Position numbers and translations under genes: made by a program | Origin: a virus | Taxonomy: Duplodnaviria > Heunggongvirae > Uroviricota > Caudoviricetes | DNA: 64,000 bases | Virus record (IMG/VR): IMGVR_UViG_3300031718_000177 | Strand: one strand, 5' to 3' | The notes under the pieces: model-generated | Databases searched by the model: none | What the model was told of the DNA's origin: nothing | The model's input: only the letters and a program-made list of their open reading frames with translations | Shown here: positions 56,776 through 64,000 of the stretch, piece by piece | Layout of the letters: each line of letters opens with the position of its first letter | Numbering within the stretch: the stretch's first letter is position 1

Positions 56776-57179
56776 TTTCCATAGCTAACCGAATTATACC
56801 AACGATAAATCTTAAAGAAGAAGATAGTGCCTATAAGATCATATATGCTATCATTCCCTGGCCTGATAAAAGTATAACCTATTATTTAAGTTATGGAGAT
56901 TGGCCGTTACTACGAAACACTGGCGGCGGGATCTGTCATAGCGAGATACTCCGAAAGTACGATAAGACTAGCTATTTTACTAATGTAGTCAATAGCGAAA
57001 AAGATTCTGCCGGAATATGTATAGGTGCTCTCGTTAAGCTTGTATTGATTAAGAACCCCCAAAATATACCGATGGTACTGGCTTTTCTAACACAAGTCCC
57101 ATATGATAGCAGTAAGTTTTTAATCAATACATTTACGAATAAACCAAGTATTCTTTATCCACCATCGAACGGACGGTAA
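56772..57179 (+). CDS. hypothetical protein
   Basis: 135 aa. Confidence 0.45.
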   Translation: MISIANRIIPTINLKEEDSAYKIIYAIIPWPDKSITYYLSYGDWPLLRNTGGGICHSEILRKYDKTSYFTNVVNSEKDSAGICIGALVKLVLIKNPQNIPMVLAFLTQVPYDSSKFLINTFTNKPSILYPPSNGR

Positions 57180-57249
57180 CTTGAGGTGAGCACCCCAATC
57201 GTATGCTGAAAATGACGAAAACCGACGAATTGCGGTTATGATTGGGGAA

Positions 57250-57891
57250 TCATCTAATCAATTTATCCAATGCTTTACTGGCTCTGTCGCCATATGTAAT
57301 ATTCGTAGGTTTTCTATTGATTTTCCAATCGTCGCCGATAGAAATGTATTCATTATTGTTTGTAGTTTTCCGAGCGACGGCGGCGTTCTCATCATTAGCT
57401 ATCGCTAACAACCAAACCTTCTTCTGAACTTCTAATAAATCGTGGTGACTTTGCTCGGACAATCTATCTACTGCCGCTTTCAAGTTATTATATGCCCTTT
57501 CAGAGTCAAACTTCTCTGATTTGTTATTATCTACTTCTCTGCTGGCGACTGGATTAGTTTGGTCACTTGTACTGCCGTGAATCAAACTACCAAATTTGTC
57601 GGGAAACATCCACGCAAAAATACATATTAAAATTAGAATTAGCACTACAATTCCAAGACCAACCGTTAATAAATTGGATTTATGTGACGGTCCATTTGGT
57701 TCACCTACATCTTCTCGCAATTTATTTTCCCAATCATCAGTTGTTACTACGATTGGTTTGCTTACAGTTGGTTGACTTGCCACTTTAAGTTGCTCAAGTC
57801 GTTTACGAGCAACTGCTTTTTCTACTTCTAGACGTAATTGTTCTCGGTTCATACTATATCTATACCTTGTAGAGCGGTTTTCAACGACCAA
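57250..57891 (-). CDS. membrane-anchored protein
   Basis: 213 aa; TM near residue 80. Confidence 0.5.
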   Translation of the reverse strand: MVVENRSTRYRYSMNREQLRLEVEKAVARKRLEQLKVASQPTVSKPIVVTTDDWENKLREDVGEPNGPSHKSNLLTVGLGIVVLILILICIFAWMFPDKFGSLIHGSTSDQTNPVASREVDNNKSEKFDSERAYNNLKAAVDRLSEQSHHDLLEVQKKVWLLAIANDENAAVARKTTNNNEYISIGDDWKINRKPTNITYGDRASKALDKLIR

Positions 57892-59380
57892 GTTTACTCT
57901 GGAGGAAATTGGTGAACTTCAATAGTTCTTTGCCAACCGAGGCTAATTTCCACGCTCGGTAATTATCCTTATCATATTGATTATGTTTTTCTTCGTCTGG
58001 GTTGTAATGTTGCTCTACCGCTTGACGCCAAACTTGAAGATTTTGTTGTATGAGTTTCATCGCTGCTTGTGGTAAGTTGGCCATCACCTCCTTTTCGGAT
58101 ATCTCGCCTTTGCCGTATAAGCCAAAGAAATTACCCATATAGTTTGCAGCCGATGTTGATGTGTTTCTAGGTTCTTTCAGTATAAAATTACACCAAAATG
58201 CGGCATCTTCCCGATATCTCGATGCGGCGTGATAACCTAAGTTAATCATAAACGTGCCTTGTGGATAAACTTTTACGTAGTCGGCAGTTTCGCCTTGAAC
58301 CTTGGGGGCTTTACCGAAACCCAATAATGTACAAATCTGCTGAATAAGCATCTGTGTATATCGGCCTCTATCTTGTCTAAAATTGTTCGGGTTAGCAAGA
58401 TAAGTGTGAATATTTGATATCATCCTTTCTAAATTGCTATCTAGAGTTTCTTCATCATCGAGTGGAATTTCAAAGTTTTCAGTATGGTAATCATGCCCGT
58501 GTTGCAGTGAGAGAAAGATTTGACCTCTTAAAGAGTGTCTTAATATATTTTTCTCGTGCGGCTCGGATGGTTCTTCGTAATTCAACGACAAAGTTCCGGA
58601 CATTCCATTTATTTCACCTCTTGCGGTCATACGAACTCTGTTTCTGTAGGAACTATCCCTTGCCATACTAGTACGATGGTCTTGAAAGATAGCTTCGCCT
58701 AATTTGTTCAGCATTCGTGTTGCTAGATTTTTATAGATATTTACCGGACTAACTTGGAACTTTTCAAGCTGCGTAAATGCCATTGGATTTAATATAACCA
58801 CCTGGGATGGTTCGTTGCTGTGGATTATAGAATCTCCGTCATCGATAAGAGCATCAAAGCCACCTGCCTTCTTAAAGAGTTTGTTCCAAGTTATGTTTTT
58901 TTGCCAATTATGATAACGACCACTGGGGGCATATTTTTCATATTGGGCATTTACGGCTTTATCCATAGTTTGCCAGAGGAAATGACCTGCTTTTGCAACT
59001 ATACCAGGGCGCTGGTGGGTAGCATGTTGACGATATTCACCAATTCCCATCTTATCAATTAAGTTATCGGCCTCTGTGTGGGTCAATTTGGATAGGTTTA
59101 GAACTTTGGCATTGTCTTTAAGTTTCAGGATGAATGTATAGGGCATCCCGAAGAAATGACTATTTCTATTAAATGTCTTATTCAGCACATAGGATTTTGG
59201 AAATGTAAAGATACCTACTGGGTCCGTATGAGTAGGATTAGGGTTGATGCCTACCTTATCGACATTACTAAAATGCACCAATACATCATCAGGTTGGTTC
59301 CGTAAATAGTCGAATAGTTTAGGTAAATAGTCAGATACAGCCTCCAAAATATTCTGTTCTAGCCAATTCTTAAATTGCAT
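57881..59380 (-). CDS. hypothetical protein
   Basis: 499-aa ORF, no recognised motifs. Confidence 0.55.
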   Translation of the reverse strand: MQFKNWLEQNILEAVSDYLPKLFDYLRNQPDDVLVHFSNVDKVGINPNPTHTDPVGIFTFPKSYVLNKTFNRNSHFFGMPYTFILKLKDNAKVLNLSKLTHTEADNLIDKMGIGEYRQHATHQRPGIVAKAGHFLWQTMDKAVNAQYEKYAPSGRYHNWQKNITWNKLFKKAGGFDALIDDGDSIIHSNEPSQVVILNPMAFTQLEKFQVSPVNIYKNLATRMLNKLGEAIFQDHRTSMARDSSYRNRVRMTARGEINGMSGTLSLNYEEPSEPHEKNILRHSLRGQIFLSLQHGHDYHTENFEIPLDDEETLDSNLERMISNIHTYLANPNNFRQDRGRYTQMLIQQICTLLGFGKAPKVQGETADYVKVYPQGTFMINLGYHAASRYREDAAFWCNFILKEPRNTSTSAANYMGNFFGLYGKGEISEKEVMANLPQAAMKLIQQNLQVWRQAVEQHYNPDEEKHNQYDKDNYRAWKLASVGKELLKFTNFLQSKLGR

Positions 59381-60277
59381 AAATATATATATAGTATGAA
59401 AATTATTATCGCTCTTATGCTTCTATTCTGTGCTTCTACTGCCCTGGCTCAGGATATAAAGCTTGAAGGAAAAGGGTCCGTTGGACATATCTCAGGATAT
59501 GCAGGGGCATCAAAATGGAATATTAGAATGCTTGTACTACGGCACTGCCCAGATGAGAACGGTGTTAGTGATGCCGCATTAGCGATGCAAGCCGCTAATT
59601 TAGGAGCCTCCAAGGGATTACACATTAAAGACCTTGGCGATTTTCGCGTGAATAGCGAGGGACTAACGGGTACCGAAGCCAAATTCGCATGGAACGAGCA
59701 AAAATATACTGGGGAAAGCCTCAAAGAGTTTATTGGTCGAGAGATGAAAGTTGATGCTAGGCCGGGCGATACATTTATTGTATATACCATCGGACATGGC
59801 GGAGAAGATGGCGGTATGGCAACATTAGGACAAAGAAGCGACTTTATGAATATTGTTGCTTCATTAAGCGAAGAGCAAAAACAGAGAACATTATGGTGGC
59901 AAATGAGTTGTCATGCGGCTGCATGTCTGCCGCCTATTTCGTCGCTGCCTGAAAAAGGACAAAAGTTATTCACCATGATTGCTAGTTCTACTGCCGAAAA
60001 TCTCAGTTATTTCGGCGTTGAGGGCGAAATCCTACAACAATTATTTGTTGCCTTAGCAGAAAATAGTCCATCTATAAATCCAAATAGAGGCAATACTATC
60101 ACTGCCGATGATTTGCGTGGGTTTCTTCTTTCAATAAATAGCGGAATAGATAAACTAGTTTTCGCCAGAAGTGGCGATACGGTAATATTTGGCGTTGGCG
60201 GATTCCCTCATGTACCTATTGTAGACGAGAATAATCCTCAAGGCACTTATCCTGATGACTACGTAACAGTGCCGTGA
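59375..60277 (+). CDS. secreted caspase-like (clan CD) cysteine peptidase (likely start at 59396, MKIIIALMLL…)
   Basis: Signal peptide MKIIIALMLLFCASTALA; His in TFIVYTIGHGG and Cys in TLWWQMSCHAAA, spaced as in clan CD peptidases. Confidence 0.55.
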   Translation: MHKYIYSMKIIIALMLLFCASTALAQDIKLEGKGSVGHISGYAGASKWNIRMLVLRHCPDENGVSDAALAMQAANLGASKGLHIKDLGDFRVNSEGLTGTEAKFAWNEQKYTGESLKEFIGREMKVDARPGDTFIVYTIGHGGEDGGMATLGQRSDFMNIVASLSEEQKQRTLWWQMSCHAAACLPPISSLPEKGQKLFTMIASSTAENLSYFGVEGEILQQLFVALAENSPSINPNRGNTITADDLRGFLLSINSGIDKLVFARSGDTVIFGVGGFPHVPIVDENNPQGTYPDDYVTVP

Positions 60278-60290
60278 CTTACTAATATTT

Positions 60291-60602
60291 CTATTGTAGA
60301 AAATCGTCTTTACCGTGATATTCTGGTTCGGGATGACGAGGTACGAAGTGGGTTTCCCACCACGGTCTATTATCCTCTTTAACTGGTGGTTGAGTTACAT
60401 GAGGATTACTTGCTTGAACCAGAGATTCAATTCTTCGTAGTAAAGTCAAGATTTCGCTACTAGATGAATCTAGTTTCTGTTCTAGCTGTACGATTCTTGC
60501 TTCAAGTTTTACAACTGGATTTGGACGATAGCCCGTTGGTTCAGGAGTAATCTTCTCTCCTACACTCAACCATAAAATCGCTTTTGTGATATTCCGTAGC
60601 AT
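60291..60602 (-). CDS. short leader-bearing protein
   Basis: N-terminus MLRNITKAILWLSVGEKITPEP (leader family); 103 aa. Confidence 0.5.
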   Translation of the reverse strand: MLRNITKAILWLSVGEKITPEPTGYRPNPVVKLEARIVQLEQKLDSSSSEILTLLRRIESLVQASNPHVTQPPVKEDNRPWWETHFVPRHPEPEYHGKDDFLQ

Positions 60603-60688
60603 TTTTTACAATCCTTGATAATGCGGACAATTACATGATCCCCGGATCCCACGACTTCGGAGCAAACACGCTAACAGAGGCAACGGCT

Positions 60689-62194
60689 TTAATTCTTGTT
60701 TGTCGCCAATAACTTTGGGTAATAGATAATATCATAATTGATTCCAGGTAGTAGATGTTGTTTCTGGTATTCGGCGTTAGCTACAAGTAGGTCCGAAACA
60801 ATTTTATCGGCTGCGACCTTAGTTAAAAAACTTGCTTGCTTTATCTCAGAACCCCAACTGTTACCATTTATGTAATAGCTTTTGTTTGACGTATTCTTGA
60901 TTATATACCTCTGTTCATCTTGTTTATCAGCTTTATAGGGCGTCAAGCAATGCGTAGGACATATTAATGTTTCTTTCCCAATCAACTTAGCGAAGTGTAT
61001 GTCTATTTTAAGAACAATATATGGTACATCTGGATATTCGGCGAAGGCAAGGAACTGCTTAGAGACACGCACTTTATCATTTGGCTTAATTGTGAAAGAA
61101 CTCGGAGTTGTGTTGTTTGGCGTGTGAAAATAACCACTCGGTTTAGTATTCGGCTTCCGTTCTTTTGAGTAAATTGTATCGCCTTTATCGACGTAATATT
61201 TATCTTTCTCATTCAGAACTTTAACCAATTCGTCAGCTTCCTTTGCGGTAATTTCAACAGCATCTTCTATCTTCCCGCTCCATCTATAAGGATATCCTAT
61301 GGAGGGCTCAATACAATAATAAGGGTAGTTAAGGTGCGACGATTTAACAACCCACTCTTTTTTGTCTTTCTTCATATCTATAGGGATGCCGCCATGCTTT
61401 CTTGCATTTTCCTTTGCTTCTTCTTCGGTTAGGTATGTCGCATTATCCAAATTGCCCCAAGGCCAAGCATGCTCACTGCTGCTGCCTCCATAAGTAGGAA
61501 AACCAAAATAAACGGGAGTGCCCTTAAAGTTCCATGTAATAACCCAGTTCTTTTCCACCTCCGGTTTATCAAGAGGCTTACCATTCACATCAACCGTGTT
61601 CGGAGTAACCATATCTACTCTAATTGAAATAATTGTGTTGTAAGTTCCCCAAGTAGCATAATAACGTCCTATTTCCTTTTTTGCCTCTTCCTTAGTGTAA
61701 AAAGAAGCATGTTGGAAATCATTTCGCCATTCACCGGAGCCATATGAGGCAGGAGACTTAGAATAGTAATACTTCTTATGCCCAACATGACTCGTGTGTT
61801 GGATAACCCAGATTTTGTCATTTTTGATTTCTATGGCATGGCCGCCGTGCTTTCTTGCTTCTTCCTTTGCTTCTTCTTCGGTTAAATATGTCGCATTATC
61901 CAAATCAGTCCAAGCGTAGCTAGTACCACCATTAAAACGAAGATAAATCTTGTCGCTCTCATAACCGTTATTATATTCAACAACCCAATTCTTTTCTTTG
62001 TTAAAAGTTCCATCGCCCATCACTGATTCGTACTGCTCTTGTGTAAGAGGAGGTATTTGAGAACTCCAACCATATGCACTGCCGTAGCCAACGGGGTTAG
62101 GAACATCTCTTACATAGCCGGGTGGTAAGCAATGTTCTACTGGTTCAGCGTCAATTTTCTGCCCTAGAACTGCTCTGACGATGTTTTTCAGCAT
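60689..62194 (-). CDS. leader-bearing protein with duplicated NLDNATYLTEEEAKE-ARKHGG modules
   Basis: N-terminus MLKNIVRAVLGQKI; two near-identical about 40-aa repeats plus two degenerate copies (ASFYTKEEAKKEI, ASFLTKVAADKIV). Confidence 0.65.
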   Translation of the reverse strand: MLKNIVRAVLGQKIDAEPVEHCLPPGYVRDVPNPVGYGSAYGWSSQIPPLTQEQYESVMGDGTFNKEKNWVVEYNNGYESDKIYLRFNGGTSYAWTDLDNATYLTEEEAKEEARKHGGHAIEIKNDKIWVIQHTSHVGHKKYYYSKSPASYGSGEWRNDFQHASFYTKEEAKKEIGRYYATWGTYNTIISIRVDMVTPNTVDVNGKPLDKPEVEKNWVITWNFKGTPVYFGFPTYGGSSSEHAWPWGNLDNATYLTEEEAKENARKHGGIPIDMKKDKKEWVVKSSHLNYPYYCIEPSIGYPYRWSGKIEDAVEITAKEADELVKVLNEKDKYYVDKGDTIYSKERKPNTKPSGYFHTPNNTTPSSFTIKPNDKVRVSKQFLAFAEYPDVPYIVLKIDIHFAKLIGKETLICPTHCLTPYKADKQDEQRYIIKNTSNKSYYINGNSWGSEIKQASFLTKVAADKIVSDLLVANAEYQKQHLLPGINYDIIYYPKLLATNKN

Positions 62195-62217
62195 TTTTGC
62201 GAAACTCCTGTCCCGTC

Positions 62218-62246
62218 AGCATATCAGGATTGGGATTTGATGTCAA
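62218..62246 (-). promoter_or_regulatory. sigma70-like promoter TTGACA-17-TATGCT upstream of 60689..62194, inside the tnpB 3' flank
   Basis: Minus-strand read TTGACAtcaaatcccaatcctgaTATGCT, about 25 nt before the ATG. Confidence 0.4.
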
Positions 62247-62259
62247 GTTTTTCAAGGAA

Positions 62260-63480
62260 CTAAAATGATGGTGACAATAATTTCTCAGTTCTACGACGAC
62301 CACTGCCACAAACGGCTGTAACCTTATCGTCTCCATGAGCGTTAATTCGGACGTGTCCCGTCCTATTTTTCCCTAAGTTTTCAATTAAACTTTGGCGATT
62401 AAAAGCAAAATCTTTAATGTTATTTGCGGCTAATACATCCCTATCATGTGTCCTACCGCATTCGCATGTCCATTCTCTTTCGTTAAGTTTAAGGTTACTG
62501 TTGATTTTGCCACAACTACACATTTTACTGCTCGGCTCAAATCTACCAATTTGTAAAATATTGCTTCCATACCACTCACCCTTGTATTGAAGCATCCTTA
62601 CGAAATTGCTCCAACCAGCCGAGGATATTGAATATGCTAAATTGTGATTCTGCAACATTTCCTTTACACTTAAATCTTCAAGACAAATAGATTGGTTCTC
62701 TCGTATTAGTCTTGTTGATAACTTTTGTAAGAAGTCATTTCTTTGATTTGCTACTTTTTCGTGAAGTAAAGCTAACTTCAATCTTGCTTTCTCTCTGCGA
62801 TTGCTGCCTTTTACTTTTCTATCTTTCCATCGTGAAAATAGTTTCAATTTATCTGCGGATTTCTCTAAGTATTTAGGATTTTCTACTCTCTCGCCAGTGG
62901 ACAGAGTAATAAAATGTCTCAGTCCCAAGTCAATTCCGATTGCTTTCTTTCTATCCGGTTTCCTTTTCTTTTTTGGTTGTTCAGTTGTTTCAACCACTAC
63001 CGAAGCAAAATATTTATTTGTCGGCGTCTTACTTATAGTAACTGTTTTAATCGTCCCGTTAAACTTGCGATGCAATGTTGCTTTAATATTTTTGATTTTT
63101 GGTACAGTAATTGTTTCCTTATCAAAATCTACTTTGTTACTTTGCGGACACTGGAACGACTGGTAACTTGATTTCTTCTTAAACTTTGGGAAACCATTCT
63201 TCTCTCGGAAGAAACGAGTATAAGCGTTGTCCAAGTTTCTTAATGCCATTTGTAGCGACTGGGCATTAACTTCGGTAAGCCATTCTATTTTTTGTTTCAA
63301 TTTAGTTAATTCGCCGTTCAGGTCTATACAAGATAGACCTTTCTTTGTTTCTTTATATGTTTGTATTTTAGTTTCTAGCCCCCAATTGTAAACAAATCTT
63401 GAACAACCAAAATGTTTGCTGAAAAGTGCCTTCTGTTCTTCTGTGGGATAAATCCTATATTTGTACGCTTTCAATATCAT
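62260..63480 (-). CDS. tnpB: IS200/IS605-family TnpB (OrfB), intact
   Basis: RuvC-I IGIDLG, RuvC-II ICLEDLSVKEM, zinc finger CSCGK…CECG, RuvC-III RDVLAANNI; 406 aa. Confidence 0.85.
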   Translation of the reverse strand: MILKAYKYRIYPTEEQKALFSKHFGCSRFVYNWGLETKIQTYKETKKGLSCIDLNGELTKLKQKIEWLTEVNAQSLQMALRNLDNAYTRFFREKNGFPKFKKKSSYQSFQCPQSNKVDFDKETITVPKIKNIKATLHRKFNGTIKTVTISKTPTNKYFASVVVETTEQPKKKRKPDRKKAIGIDLGLRHFITLSTGERVENPKYLEKSADKLKLFSRWKDRKVKGSNRREKARLKLALLHEKVANQRNDFLQKLSTRLIRENQSICLEDLSVKEMLQNHNLAYSISSAGWSNFVRMLQYKGEWYGSNILQIGRFEPSSKMCSCGKINSNLKLNEREWTCECGRTHDRDVLAANNIKDFAFNRQSLIENLGKNRTGHVRINAHGDDKVTAVCGSGRRRTEKLLSPSF

Positions 63481-63575
63481 TACAACTTATATAGTAATAT
63501 AATTTAGAAAAAATCTAATTTTTTCTAAATATTTAGAAAATTTTCCAAAATATACTCCACTAAATATAGAGAGTG

Positions 63576-64000
63576 TATGCGTTATAGGGCTGCAGCTAAT
63601 ATAAGTATCGAGTTTGAGAGCGATGACACTCATATTGCTGCTTCAAATAATTTCAAGAATATAATAGATAAACTTTTTGAGAGCAGCAAAATAGGCGACT
63701 ACAACTCATACTCATCACAAGTCAATTTGTTAAATGTACCGACCAAACGCCACCCAAAGAGAATCGGCGAGTTTACAATTGAGGAAGTTCTTCCGTATAT
63801 TACGGAATATGAGTCCTATAAAACATATACCGTAAATGGACAGAAATACGAAGTACGAATGAATATAGACAAGTACTTTGTGTTTCTCGAACATATCCAT
63901 TGTGCTGCTTGTAACTTAGAAGGAACAAAGATGATGTTGGAATTGAGTACGGAAGACATTCCTCATTTCAACTTGTACGGAGTTGATAATGGTAAGTTAG
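63576..64000 (+). CDS. hypothetical protein, partial (runs off the window end)
   Basis: ORF from ATG at 63576: MRYRAAANISIEFESDD…HCAACNLEGT…; no stop before 64000. Confidence 0.4.

Larger units (their letters stand above)
62195..63545 (-). mobile_element. putative IS200/IS605-type element (tnpB-only) with a subterminal palindrome
   Basis: Perfect palindrome TTTAGAAAAAATctaATTTTTTCTAAA at 63503..63529 upstream of tnpB; no tnpA seen; boundaries are approximate. Confidence 0.45.

Noticed and set aside
59375-59395. Track start of the peptidase ORF at 59375 (MHKYIYS…)
   Set aside because: It would overlap the divergent gene's start codon. The internal Met at 59396 begins a canonical signal peptide and is the more plausible start.
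1-64000. CRISPR arrays, rRNA genes, integrase or attachment sites
   Set aside because: No regularly spaced direct repeats, no rRNA-like conserved stretches, and no tyrosine or serine recombinase motifs were seen. The only mobile-element signatures are the two TnpB loci.

Overview
The window is AT-rich (~38% GC), densely coding, and its gene content is phage-like, resembling a large or jumbo tailed phage of a bacterium. Almost every gene between 1 and 53910 is on the minus strand, tightly packed with ATGA/TAATG stop-start overlaps. A short plus-strand module (54191..57179) and a mixed-strand end follow. Products recognisable from motifs include an Rnl2-family RNA ligase, tRNA(Ile)-lysidine synthetase TilS, an adenylate kinase, an SPFH/band-7 protein, a J-domain protein, a sigma-70-family sigma factor, a RuvB-like AAA+ ATPase, an HNH endonuclease, a SprT-like protein and two other HExxH metallopeptidases, a secreted caspase-like (clan CD) peptidase, a TrpF-like TIM barrel, one intact IS200/IS605-type TnpB and one decayed TnpB. 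Most other ORFs are hypothetical. The most unusual features are: (1) four otherwise unrelated proteins share a conserved ~14-residue N-terminal leader, M-[FL]-[KR]-[NQ]-[LI]-x-[KR]-A-[IV]-x-G. Three of them carry tandem repeat modules (two with SH3/KOW-like barrel repeats) and the fourth is a short 103-aa protein; (2) a four-member paralogous family with a W-x2-S-x-LRR-x3-TALLK-x-G core, one copy fused to a J-domain; (3) a cluster of Sec-signal-peptide proteins with HExxH peptidases; (4) a tandem paralog split by an in-frame TGA; (5) a sub-threshold Cys/His-rich secreted miniprotein; (6) a self-contained promoter-gene-terminator unit for a poly-Asp/Glu protein; (7) several conserved nucleotide repeats at gene junctions; (8) GC-rich structured noncoding stretches. 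No CRISPR array, rRNA or convincing tRNA was found.
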